This document shows, piece after piece, positions 49,829 to 58,959 of a stretch of 64,000 bases of DNA. How positions within the stretch are numbered: position 1 is the stretch's first letter; every line of letters starts with the position of its first letter. Made by a program: the position numbers and the translations under genes. This DNA comes from Klebsiella pneumoniae (GTDB lineage: Bacteria; Pseudomonadota; Gammaproteobacteria; Ga0077536): assembly GCA_945862315.1 (NCBI GenBank), contig CAMAXW010000007.1, forward strand, positions 3,773 to 67,772. The letters run 5' to 3'. The notes beneath the pieces are model-generated. The model searched no databases, was not told the DNA's origin, and saw only the letters and a list, made by a program, of their open reading frames with translations.

Positions 49829-49850
49829 GTTGGAAAAGACAGTTGGAAAA
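49829..49850. repeat. Direct repeat GTTGGAAAA x2 (13-bp period) in the RND/monooxygenase divergent region
   Basis: The sequence is gttggaaaa-gaca-gttggaaaa, flanked by gcgcg and ccgcgcg. Confidence 0.6.
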
Positions 49851-50053
49851 ACCGCGCGACCCAACGGCCTGAATCGCGATGCCGAGAGTGAGCGGCGTCT
49901 GATTACAGCGCCCATCACAGCAACAAGCGCACGCCGCGATGCTTGGAAGACGTGCCCAATAGCCGAGGATCCCACATCAACCGCGTCTAAACGGCACACC
50001 TTTTAGGTGCTGTTTAAGCAGACTGAGGAAGTTCCATGGAATACCGCACAAGC

Positions 50054-50069
50054 ACCAGACGTGTCTGGT
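50054..50069. promoter_or_regulatory. Palindrome ACCAGAC-gt-GTCTGGT abutting the start codon of the ACAD-fold gene
   Basis: Perfect 7-bp arms end 2 nt before the TTG/GTG start at 50071/50074. Confidence 0.3.
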
Positions 50070-50070
50070 T

Positions 50071-51222
50071 TTGGTGACTGACCTCACCCAGCGTGCACAG
50101 GCGCTGCAGCCGTTGCTGCGGCTCGCGGCGGCGGGGATCGAGCAGACCCGGCGACTCAGTCCTGCAGTCCTCACGGCGTTGCACGCGCTCCAGGCGTTCA
50201 ATCTGCAAGTGTCAGAAGATTATGGCGGGCCGGGTGCGGATCCCATCACCCACCTGCGGGTAATCGAAACACTGTCGCAAGGCGATGCCTCTAGCGGCTG
50301 GTGTGCCATGGTGGGGTCCGAGTCCAGCGCCTGCATTAACGCTTTCCTCGCGCCGGAGACCGTGCGTGAGATGCTGGTGGAGACACCGCACGCCGTGGCG
50401 GCACTCACGGTGGTGGGCGGAGGTCGGGCCGTTGAGTGCGACGGCGGCTTGCTCGTCAGCGGTCACTGGCGGTTTGCCAGCGGCTGCCGGCACGCCACTT
50501 GGCTGGGCGGTTTATGTGCGGTGTATGCCGGGGATACCCCGCGGCTGCGCGAAAACGGCGCGCCGCTCATGCGCCTAATCTTTGTGCCAGCACACCTCGC
50601 CGAGTTGCTCGACACTTGGCACACCAGTGGGTTGCAAGGCACGGCCAGCGATGATTTCACGCTCAAAGAGGTCTTCGTGCCGCACGCACGCGCCGTCGAT
50701 TTATTCGGCGCGCCGCGCGACCCCGCCCTCACTTGGCGGCTGCCGATCAGCCTGCGTTTTGCGATGAGCAAGGCCGCAGCGACTTGCGGCATCGCGCGTG
50801 GTGCGATGGACGCGCTACTGCCGTTGCTCGATCGCGTGCCGTTTGCCGGCAGACAAGCCGCCCGCGAGGAGCCGCGGGTGCAGATGATGTTGGCGCAAGC
50901 GGAGGCTGCGATCGAAGGTGGTCGCGCTTATCTTTATCAAAATGTGCAGCAGGCATGGGACGCCGTACAAGGCGGTAACCTACTGGATGTGGCGGCGGTA
51001 GCGCGCGTGCGCTTGGCGATTGTCTTTGCGGCCAAGCGGGCGCTGGAAGCGGTCGGACTACTGCAGGAAATCGGCGGCACAGCGGCTGTTTTTGAACCCG
51101 CTCTCGATCGCGCTGTGCGCGATCTCAATGTGGCCCGACATCATCTCCAACTGCAAGCGCATGTCGTGGAAGACGTCGGCCGGGTTTTACTTGGAATAGC
51201 GCCTCGCAATCCGATGTTCTAA
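50071..51222 (+). CDS. Acyl-CoA-dehydrogenase-fold flavoprotein, probably the oxygenase component of a two-component flavin monooxygenase (ACAD type 2)
   Basis: The length and layout fit the HsaA/DszC/C2-HpaH-like group. The typical acyl-CoA dehydrogenase catalytic-base context is not evident. Confidence 0.65.
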   Translation: MVTDLTQRAQALQPLLRLAAAGIEQTRRLSPAVLTALHALQAFNLQVSEDYGGPGADPITHLRVIETLSQGDASSGWCAMVGSESSACINAFLAPETVREMLVETPHAVAALTVVGGGRAVECDGGLLVSGHWRFASGCRHATWLGGLCAVYAGDTPRLRENGAPLMRLIFVPAHLAELLDTWHTSGLQGTASDDFTLKEVFVPHARAVDLFGAPRDPALTWRLPISLRFAMSKAAATCGIARGAMDALLPLLDRVPFAGRQAAREEPRVQMMLAQAEAAIEGGRAYLYQNVQQAWDAVQGGNLLDVAAVARVRLAIVFAAKRALEAVGLLQEIGGTAAVFEPALDRAVRDLNVARHHLQLQAHVVEDVGRVLLGIAPRNPMF

Positions 51223-51238
51223 CCGGCAGAAACTGGCC

Positions 51239-51580
51239 CTACACCAGCCCATTGGGTGGGCCCAAATCCGCGGGCACCTCCCCCATGCTCCAGTCGCGGG
51301 TCACCTCGCCCACCCGAATCCGATACCACTTCAAGATAGATTCGCGACCACGCTGCATCGCGTGCTGGTGGTCAGGATCTTGGGCCCAGCGCGCGAGTGC
51401 TGCGGCGTCCCGCCAGTAGGAGATTTCGTAGAGCCGCCCGGGATGGGTCAGGCTACTGGACGGATAAGCCCCGAGGAAGCCATCGATCGTTACCAATCGT
51501 GGCAGCAGCCGGTCCAGAATTTCCCGAAACTCACCGTCCACCCCAACCTGCAGTTCAAATTCGATGATCGCAATCAGCAT
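51239..51580 (-). CDS. ABM (antibiotic biosynthesis monooxygenase)-domain protein
   Basis: It is 113 aa with ferredoxin-like ABM pattern (IAIIEFEL...YEISYWRDAAALARW...HQHAM). Confidence 0.65.
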   Translation of the reverse strand: MLIAIIEFELQVGVDGEFREILDRLLPRLVTIDGFLGAYPSSSLTHPGRLYEISYWRDAAALARWAQDPDHQHAMQRGRESILKWYRIRVGEVTRDWSMGEVPADLGPPNGLV

Positions 51581-51811
51581 GGTTTCCCCCTATCAAAAAC
51601 TGGCGAGCTTGCATGGCCCTTGGCGTTGTTTTATCGCAATCCTTTTCCGCAACGTCCACTCATGGGCGCGCGCAGGAGTCTCGCCAAACGCCAACAAACT
51701 ACCTCTGCAGCGCGCTTGGCGCGACTTGCGTTCCGACGGAACCGGCGGTTAGCGCCGGCCCGACGTGCCAAGTGTCTTCGCGCTGACGCGCCTAAAAGGT
51801 GCCGGCCAGCA

Positions 51812-53461
51812 TCACCGGGTCAACCAAGCGAACTGCTGCGGTTTGCGTTGGGTCTGCGGGTTGATGATGACATTGATGAGCGTGGGCATGGTCTCGCCCG
51901 CCGCGTCCCGCAATGCCTGCGTGAGTTCGGCCGGCGTGGTGACGTAAAACCCTTTGCCTCCAAACGCCTCGATCACCCGCTCATAGCGCGCACTGGGCGT
52001 AAACACATGCGGTTGCACGGGGTCGCTTAGCTGCGCTTCGCCGGAGGCGATGCCGTTGTTGTTAAGCACGATGAAAGTAATCGGGAGGCGGTAGCGACAG
52101 GCGGTCTCGACTTCCATACCGCTGAAGCCAAACGCAGAATCACCTTCCACGCAAAATATTCGCCGCCCTGGGTGCACGACCGCCGCGGCGATCGCAAACG
52201 CGGGGCCCACCCCCATGGTGCCAAAAGTGCCTGCGTCGAGACGCTCGCGGGGGCCATAGTTCAATAGAAGGCTACGCCCGATGTCCATCGTGTTGGCGCC
52301 CTCACTGCACACAATTGCATCGCGAGGCAGGTAGTCGCGCACCTCGCGTAGCACCCGGTAATAGCCCATTGGCACGCTGTCGTCGTGCATCATCGCGGTG
52401 ACCTGCTCCGCGTTTTGCGCCATCTTGGCACGCAGTGTGGTCCACCAAGTGCTGGCCCCCGGAAATTCCCACGGTGCTGCGGCGTGCGCGGCATTGAGCT
52501 GGGCCATCACCGCCTGCGCATCGCCAACCAGTGCGGCGGCGGTAGGCACGTTGGTGCCAATCTCATCCCCACCAATATCGAGTTGCACAATCTGCACGTC
52601 GGGTGCGAAGCGCGGGGGCAAACCGAAATGCATCACCCAGTTCAGCCGGGCACCAATCAGAAACACGACATCCGCTTCCTGCAGCGCTTGCGAACGTGCC
52701 GGCGCTACTGATAGCGGATGATCATCGGGAACCACGCCTTTGCCCATCGGCGAGGCTAAAAAGGGTAGTTGTGTGCTTTCTAGAAAGCCCCGAACTTCGT
52801 GCTCTGCGTGCGCATAGGCAGCCCCTTTACCCACGATCACCAAGGGCCGTTTTGCCCCGCGCAAAATCGCCAACGCGGTCTCGACCGCAGTCGGATCCGC
52901 CAAGCTGCGCGGCGCGGGCGGGCACGCTGGCGACCAGCGCACAGCGTCCTCCGCGAGCGTGTCGTTGATGATGTCGCTCGGCAAATCTAGATACACCGCA
53001 CCGGGTCGGCCATACAGTGCCGTGCGCACGCATTTCTCGATATACGCCGGCACCCGCGCCAACGAGTCCGGGCGCGTCGAGAGTTTCACAAACGGCCGGG
53101 CGGCCTCCATCTGCGGCGCCTCTTGGAATGCACCCTGCTCGCGTTGATAGGAATCTGGCGCGCCACTCAGGAGCAGCATTGGCCAACAGTTCGCCCAAGC
53201 GTTAGATAGGCCCGCCACCGCATGCACCATGCCTGGGCCGGAAACCGTCAGACACACCCCCGGGCGACCGGTCAAATAGCCCACCGCACCGGCCGCGTAG
53301 CTGGCCGCCTGTTCGTTGCGAAAGCCGTAGTAATTCAGACCTTCGCGCTGCACCACCTGCGCCAGATCGACGATCGGGAAGCCGAGAATGCCAAACACAT
53401 GTTCAACACCTTGCTGTTTGAGCGCTCGCGCGATGATGGTCGCGCCGTCTAGTTGTGCCAT
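51812..53461 (-). CDS. ThDP-dependent oxalyl-CoA decarboxylase / 2-hydroxyacyl-CoA lyase family enzyme
   Basis: It is collinear with E. coli Oxc as remembered (GFRNEQAASYAA, CLTVSGPG, GDSAFGFSGMEVETACRYRLP). Confidence 0.85.
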   Translation of the reverse strand: MAQLDGATIIARALKQQGVEHVFGILGFPIVDLAQVVQREGLNYYGFRNEQAASYAAGAVGYLTGRPGVCLTVSGPGMVHAVAGLSNAWANCWPMLLLSGAPDSYQREQGAFQEAPQMEAARPFVKLSTRPDSLARVPAYIEKCVRTALYGRPGAVYLDLPSDIINDTLAEDAVRWSPACPPAPRSLADPTAVETALAILRGAKRPLVIVGKGAAYAHAEHEVRGFLESTQLPFLASPMGKGVVPDDHPLSVAPARSQALQEADVVFLIGARLNWVMHFGLPPRFAPDVQIVQLDIGGDEIGTNVPTAAALVGDAQAVMAQLNAAHAAAPWEFPGASTWWTTLRAKMAQNAEQVTAMMHDDSVPMGYYRVLREVRDYLPRDAIVCSEGANTMDIGRSLLLNYGPRERLDAGTFGTMGVGPAFAIAAAVVHPGRRIFCVEGDSAFGFSGMEVETACRYRLPITFIVLNNNGIASGEAQLSDPVQPHVFTPSARYERVIEAFGGKGFYVTTPAELTQALRDAAGETMPTLINVIINPQTQRKPQQFAWLTR

Positions 53462-53540
53462 GAGCTATTTCTCCGGATTGATAGGGGTGCTGGTTGCCCC
53501 GTTGTGGGTGTGCGCTCGGTCGCGCTCGTCAAAATAGGCC

Positions 53541-53558
53541 GCGCGGCCCCCGCCGCGC
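53541..53558 (-). terminator. GC hairpin (7-bp stem) downstream of the small secreted-protein ORF
   Basis: The minus strand reads gcgcggc-gggg-gccgcgc, then ggccTATTTT. Confidence 0.35.
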
Positions 53559-53606
53559 TGCCTTCTCGGTGCCCAAGCAGGGGGTGGCGATGAGCAACCG
53601 CCCATC

Positions 53607-53903
53607 TCACTTCAGGTTCATGCCACCGCGGGCGTCCACCGCCAGCAAGCGACGGCCCTTGTCGTCTTCTTGGCCACCATCGTCGTTCAGCCACATGACC
53701 TGACCCACCGGCAGCATGACCAAAGGATCGTAGAGTTGTCCCAGCGGCACGAGCAGTTGCGCTGAAAAACCGCTTTGCGCGGTTATCACCGGTGGTGCGG
53801 TCAGCCGGGACACCACGGATTGCAAAGGTTCGGTTGCGTGCACACCGTGCCAGCTTAGGCTCGCCAACAGGCAGCAGATCGTCAAACAAAGGCGTTGGCG
53901 CAT
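53607..53903 (-). CDS. Hypothetical small secreted protein (98 aa)
   Basis: It has a signal-peptide-like N-terminus, MRQRLCLTICCLLASLSWHGVHA. I recognise no family. Confidence 0.4.
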   Translation of the reverse strand: MRQRLCLTICCLLASLSWHGVHATEPLQSVVSRLTAPPVITAQSGFSAQLLVPLGQLYDPLVMLPVGQVMWLNDDGGQEDDKGRRLLAVDARGGMNLK

Positions 53904-54174
53904 CGACAGCTCTCCCTAGGTTGCGTGAATTCTCGGGCGCACGGCCAATGGCACTGTCCGTGACGGCCCAATGCCTGTCAACTGCAGTTCGTATCGCCTG
54001 TCTTGCAGTGACCGCCGGCCCGTCAATTTACTGCGATGCAAAATTTCACGGCACGCAGCACCTGCCTTGTCTGGCACACATTAGACGGCCAACACGCGGC
54101 AAATTTGGAGTAGTGTGATACGCGTTACGCGCGTTGCTGAGCCCCAAAATCTAGCCCAACAGGAGACCGTGAGC

Positions 54175-55329
54175 ATGCATAGCCCCGTCGATACCGCTGG
54201 CGCCATTGATGCCGATGGCCACATTCTGGAACCGCCCGATCTGTGGGAAAAATACCTAGAAGCCAAATATCGCGACCGTGCGATCCGCATCAAGACCAAC
54301 GCCGAGGGTCTTGAATACTTCGAGTACAACGGCAAACCCTCGAAGCTCATGCCCGCCGGTTTTCCCGGCACCTTAGGCGGAATGGGTTCAACAGATATCA
54401 TGCCTTCGCGCGAACGTAGTTATGTGCGCAGCGCGCCGTTTGGCTCGATGGACCCCAAGGAGCGCATCGCGCGACTCGACACTGAAGGCCTGGCGAAAGC
54501 GGTGTTGTATCCCACCCTCGGGATCTTGTGGGAGCCCGAGGTCAGTGAACCAGAAATCGCCACCGCTTATACCCGCGCCTACAACCGCTGGATCATGGAT
54601 TTCTGCGCCGACTCCGGCGGTCGCTTAGTTCCCATCGCGCACATTTCTCTATCCGATCCGGCGCTCGCCGCAACCGAGACCGAACGTGCCTTGAGCGCGG
54701 GCGCCAAAGGTATTTTCTTTCATCCATTCACTTGGACCCGCAAGTCGCCAGGACATCCGGATTACGATCGTGTTTGGGCGATCGCCCAAGAGCACGATGC
54801 GCCAGTGGCGTTGCATCCCACCGTCGACCCGCCTTCCTTGGATGTGCATCGTCGCTTTGACGAACTGGCGCAAAAAGAAACCTTCGAGTTCACTTGGTAC
54901 TTCGATGTGTTGGTGGCTCAGGGCATGCAGCAGGCCTTTGCATCACTGTTTCACTATCAGATTTTTGAACGTTTTCCGAAGGTGAAAGCGGTGGTGCTCG
55001 AATCCCAAGCGGGCTGGATTGGTCAACTGATCGACCGCATGGACGCGGTCTCCAAAGGCCCACTCATGCCAAAGAGCGGGCTAAAGGAACTACCCAGCGT
55101 GTATTTCAAGCGCCAGTGTTACGTGTCGATCGATCCGGACGAACGCGCGGTGGCGGGCATCATTCCCTTCGTTGGCGATGACCGCTTTTTCTGGGCGTCA
55201 GACTTTCCCCACCCGGACCACACGGCAGAGTACATGCACGAACTTAAAGAAATGCTGGCGCCATTGCCGGAAGTCTCACGGCGTCGGATATTGAGCGAGA
55301 ACGTGACACGGGCGTTTAATCTAGATTAG
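54175..55329 (+). CDS. Amidohydrolase_2 (ACMSD/LigW-type metal-dependent hydrolase/decarboxylase) family protein
   Basis: The N-terminus AIDADGHILEPPDLW and the C-terminus FFWASDFPHPDH are typical of this TIM-barrel family. The start was set at ATG 54175. Confidence 0.8.
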   Translation: MHSPVDTAGAIDADGHILEPPDLWEKYLEAKYRDRAIRIKTNAEGLEYFEYNGKPSKLMPAGFPGTLGGMGSTDIMPSRERSYVRSAPFGSMDPKERIARLDTEGLAKAVLYPTLGILWEPEVSEPEIATAYTRAYNRWIMDFCADSGGRLVPIAHISLSDPALAATETERALSAGAKGIFFHPFTWTRKSPGHPDYDRVWAIAQEHDAPVALHPTVDPPSLDVHRRFDELAQKETFEFTWYFDVLVAQGMQQAFASLFHYQIFERFPKVKAVVLESQAGWIGQLIDRMDAVSKGPLMPKSGLKELPSVYFKRQCYVSIDPDERAVAGIIPFVGDDRFFWASDFPHPDHTAEYMHELKEMLAPLPEVSRRRILSENVTRAFNLD

Positions 55330-55342
55330 AGGCGAAGACAGT

Positions 55343-55380
55343 GCAGGATGCTCCAAGTCTAATCGCCTGGAGCATCCTGC
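55343..55380 (+). terminator. 13-bp perfect stem hairpin after the amidohydrolase gene (no strong U-run)
   Basis: The sequence is gcaggatgctcca-N12-tggagcatcctgc. Confidence 0.5.
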
Positions 55381-55537
55381 TCACTCGGGCATTTCCTATC
55401 GGATCAGAATCTCGGTCGCAGCAGTTGCCAGCGCGCGCTGTTTTAGCTACTTAGACGCTCGGCAAATAAACAAAGAAACGATCGATGGTTCTGCTAGACC
55501 CCGCGCGCAGCCGACCCCACATTGTGGACAACGCGCG

Positions 55538-56350
55538 ATGGGTCGCGATGAGATTGAGAAAATTATGGCGATAAATGCGCTACACCCTACTGACACTCAG
55601 CCGGCCTACTCGCTAGGCGAGGCTGACGTGGCACTATGGTTGCTGCGACTAACCGCCGCGCCACCGGCAATGATTGAGGGGGCGCAGACTCTGAGTTTGG
55701 CTGAACACACGGCGGGTGCCCGTTTAAAATCCCCCCTCCTGCAAACGAGATTCCTACAGCGGCGGGTCGCGCTGCGGGCCATTTTGGCTGGATATCTCGG
55801 GGTTCCCGCAGCGGAACTCCTGTTCACGGAAAACGAATTTGGGAAACCCGCGCTGCAGGCCCCACTGGCGAGCACCGGGCTGTCTTTTAACAGCTCACAT
55901 TCGGGACCCGTGGCGGTGATTGCGGTGGGTCGATCGCGCCAAATCGGTATCGATGTGGAAGCCGTACGACCGATCAAAGATGCGGAAAAAATCGCCGCGC
56001 GTTTTTTTTCATCACAAGAGTCTGCGGCCATGGCAGCACTCGATCCCGACGATCGGAATACTGGTTTCCTGCATTGTTGGACGCGCAAGGAAGCCGTCAT
56101 CAAAGCGCTGGGTGGCGGTCTGTCCATCCCGCTAGATTCTTTTGCGGTTTCTCTCCAGCCCCATCAACCGGCGGCCATTCTGGCATGGTCCATTCCTGAT
56201 ACCGTGGCAGCAGCGTGGCGCATTTATCATCTGGAACCCACCGCGGGTTTCGTTGGCGCACTGATGATTGAGGGCGCCGCCAACCTCGGCGCGTGGCAGC
56301 AATGGCCGCGCGGGATCGCCAAAAACGCGCACCTGGCAGATCAAAGCTAA
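55538..56350 (+). CDS. Sfp-type 4'-phosphopantetheinyl transferase
   Basis: FNSSHSGPVAVIAV, IGIDVE and WTRKEAVIKALG are the PPTase motifs. Confidence 0.8.
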   Translation: MGRDEIEKIMAINALHPTDTQPAYSLGEADVALWLLRLTAAPPAMIEGAQTLSLAEHTAGARLKSPLLQTRFLQRRVALRAILAGYLGVPAAELLFTENEFGKPALQAPLASTGLSFNSSHSGPVAVIAVGRSRQIGIDVEAVRPIKDAEKIAARFFSSQESAAMAALDPDDRNTGFLHCWTRKEAVIKALGGGLSIPLDSFAVSLQPHQPAAILAWSIPDTVAAAWRIYHLEPTAGFVGALMIEGAANLGAWQQWPRGIAKNAHLADQS

Positions 56351-56952
56351 GCGCGATTTCGATCGGCGTGCGGGCCTTGGGCCTGCACCCCTAGCGCATG
56401 GTCAACCGCGCCAACCGGCGAGACACGCTAGCAGCCGTTGCCCCGTGCGTGCTGAATTTCTTGATGGATCCCCAGACTGACGTTCGGCGGTCGGCTCCGC
56501 CGCTGGTACGAAAGGCCCGGAGTAAGCGCCGAGAAAGAACGCCTCATAAAATGGCGAACCCGCGGGGGCGTGATCCCGAAGCAGGATCCGCTGTTGAAAG
56601 TCGCCGCAGCCTACTAGGTCACCGAGAACGCAGACCGGCGCGATCCGCGCACATCCGCACATCGTCAACAACAGGACTGACATCCTAAGGCCGGGTGGAG
56701 ACCTTAACAGCGCGCCTTTGGGACGCGCCACGTGCGCACACTTAGTTTCCTCAACGCAGTGAAAGGGCCAGGGCAGGCGCCCCCGACCATTGCGCTCGTT
56801 CCGGTTGAATCGTTCGACTTAAACTACCGCGAGTCTCGATTTCGGCGAATAGGCCGGTTATCTTGCCTCCTCGCCCTGATCAACGGGGGAGGGTCGGCTT
56901 GCCGGCCCTGCCGCTTTCTCGCCCAGAACGAGCAGCCACAAGGAGTACGAGC

Positions 56953-58959
56953 GTGACGCTGAGCAAAGTGTGGGAGCCGCTGACCATTGGCTCGACGACG
57001 GTGAACCATCGCATCATGTCCACGGGGCACACCCAGCTGTACGGGCAGAACGAAATCCTGAGCGACCGTCACGTCGCCTACTACCGGGAGCGCGCGCGCG
57101 GTGGCACGGCGCTGCTCGTACTCGAGCAGCAGGCCGTTGTCGCGGCCGGCATGGCGTACCACGCCGCCTGTCTCGCGTTCGAGGAGAAGGCGATCCCGCA
57201 GTACAAGAAGCTGACGACCGCCGTGCACGAGTTCGGCACCAAGCAGTTCGTGCAACTCTTCGCCTGCGGCACCCAGGGCAAGGGGACACTGCACATCGAC
57301 CGCTGGCACCCGATGTGGGCGGCCAGCGCCACGCCCTCGATCATCTACAACGAGATGCCGCTGGTGATGGAGCAGGAGCACATCGACGAATTGATCCGCG
57401 GCTTCGGCATCTCGGCACGGAACTGCCGCGAGGGTGGCATCGACGGCATCGAGATCCACGCGGCGCACAACCAACTGGTCGGCGAGTTCCTGTCGCCGCA
57501 CTTCAACCGCCGCGAGGATGAGTGGGGCGGGACGCTGGAGAAGCGCTGCCGTCTCGCGATCGAGGTGGCCAAGGAGATCCGGCGCGTCGCCGGCAGCGAC
57601 TACACGGTGGGCATGCGCATGTCGTGGGACGAGTACCTCGGCCCGTGCGGCACCCAAGGCCCGCAGTCGGAGCAGCAGATCGAAATCCTCGCCGCGACCG
57701 GCCTCTTCGACTTCTTCAGCATCTCGGCAGGCGGGTACCACACGCTGCACATCGCCGTGGCGCCGATGGAGGCCACGCCGCCTGCGTTTATGGAGCCGTT
57801 CGCCGCCAAGGCGAAGGAAATCGTCGGCGACCGCGCCAAGATCTTCCAGGTCGGCCGCATCACCGATCTCGAGACCGCCGAACGCCTGCTCGCGGCCGGA
57901 TCCACCGACATGGTCGCGCTGACCCGCCAGCAGATCGCCGATCCGTTCACGGTGAGGAAGGCCCGCGAGGGGCGCGTCAACGAGATCACGCAGTGCGCAG
58001 GGCTCAACTTCTGCGTCGAGCGCCTCGTCGACAACCGCGAGGTGACCTGCGCGCTCAACCCGTCCGCGGGTCGTGAGGCGTACTGGGGCGAGGGCTCGCT
58101 CGTGTCGGCCGCCAAGCCGAAGAACGTGCTCGTCGTCGGTGCCGGCCCGGCGGGTCTGCGCTGCGCCAGCACAGCGGCTGCGCGTGGCCATCAGGTACGC
58201 GTCGTCGACAAGTCCGACGAGATCGGCGGCAACTGGAACACGCTGCGCAAGCTGCCGTCACGCAAGGGCTGGTCCATCGCCATCGACAACCTGCGGCGCA
58301 ACTGCGAGACGCACGGTGTGACGATCGAGCTCGGCGTCGAGGCGACGCCGGAGTGGATTCAGGCCCAGGGTGCCGACACCGTCGTCATTGCCACAGGCGC
58401 CCACTGGGAGAAGACCGGCGAGACGCCGAGCCGCCCCGACCGGCACGAGATCCCAGGCATCGACTCGCCCATCGTCAAAGATGCCGGCACGGCAGTGAAG
58501 GCCGCTCTGGCCGATCCGAAATCGCTCGGCGGCCGCGTGCTGATAGTCGACGACGGCGCCGGCTATGTGCCGTTCGGGCTCGCCGAGCTGCTCGTGGACA
58601 ACGGCATTGCGGTCGAGGTCATCTCGCCGCAGCTGCTACTGGGCGAGGATCTGCTGAAGAGTCTCGACATGCCGCACGTCTTCCCGCGGCTAGTCGCCAA
58701 GGGCGTCAGGCTGATCCCGCAGACGTTCGTCGACGAGATCAACGGCAGCAGCGTCACCTACGGATTTATCTGGGGCGGCGCCCGCACAACGACGGAGTTC
58801 GACACGGTGGTCATCGCCATGCACAAGGCGCCGAACGCCGAGCTCTACTTCGCTCTGAAGGGCCGCGTCGCCGAGTTGCACCGCGTCGGTGACAGCGTGG
58901 CGCCGCGCAGGCCTGCCGCGATCATCTACGAGGCCGAGAAGCTCGGCCGCGAGATCTAG
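56953..58959 (+). CDS. Two-domain flavoenzyme: OYE-like FMN oxidoreductase fused to an FAD/NAD(P)-binding domain (2,4-dienoyl-CoA reductase / TMADH architecture)
   Basis: The N-terminal OYE TIM barrel contains HAAHNQLVGEFLSP. The linker aligns to the FadH Fe-S motif. The C-terminal fingerprint is VLVVGAGPAGLRCASTAAARGHQV. The GTG start lies 7 nt after AAGGAG. Confidence 0.85.
   Translation: MTLSKVWEPLTIGSTTVNHRIMSTGHTQLYGQNEILSDRHVAYYRERARGGTALLVLEQQAVVAAGMAYHAACLAFEEKAIPQYKKLTTAVHEFGTKQFVQLFACGTQGKGTLHIDRWHPMWAASATPSIIYNEMPLVMEQEHIDELIRGFGISARNCREGGIDGIEIHAAHNQLVGEFLSPHFNRREDEWGGTLEKRCRLAIEVAKEIRRVAGSDYTVGMRMSWDEYLGPCGTQGPQSEQQIEILAATGLFDFFSISAGGYHTLHIAVAPMEATPPAFMEPFAAKAKEIVGDRAKIFQVGRITDLETAERLLAAGSTDMVALTRQQIADPFTVRKAREGRVNEITQCAGLNFCVERLVDNREVTCALNPSAGREAYWGEGSLVSAAKPKNVLVVGAGPAGLRCASTAAARGHQVRVVDKSDEIGGNWNTLRKLPSRKGWSIAIDNLRRNCETHGVTIELGVEATPEWIQAQGADTVVIATGAHWEKTGETPSRPDRHEIPGIDSPIVKDAGTAVKAALADPKSLGGRVLIVDDGAGYVPFGLAELLVDNGIAVEVISPQLLLGEDLLKSLDMPHVFPRLVAKGVRLIPQTFVDEINGSSVTYGFIWGGARTTTEFDTVVIAMHKAPNAELYFALKGRVAELHRVGDSVAPRRPAAIIYEAEKLGREI

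Noticed and set aside
49829-49850. Sigma54 promoter (TGG...TTGG) in the RND upstream region
   Set aside because: The -24 GG is present, but the -12 element reads TTGG instead of TTGC at the required spacing. No enhancer-binding protein gene is nearby. It is kept only as a direct repeat.
56351-56952. Left-end att site: a duplicate of the guaA 3' terminus, a Tn3-like inverted repeat (ccccagactgacg), or a transposase remnant in ORF 56402-56731
   Set aside because: I found no copy of the guaA terminal sequence by eye. The Tn3-like string is a reversed, non-complementary match. The ORF translation has no transposase or integrase motifs. A computational repeat search is still needed.
56824-58191. 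455-aa minus-strand ORF antisense to the OYE/FAD flavoenzyme gene
   Set aside because: It is an Arg/Ala/Leu/Asp-rich low-complexity translation with no motifs. It lies exactly antisense to a gene with strong family motifs and G/C-ending codons. This is a classic high-GC shadow ORF, of the kind often mis-annotated as NAD-specific glutamate dehydrogenase.
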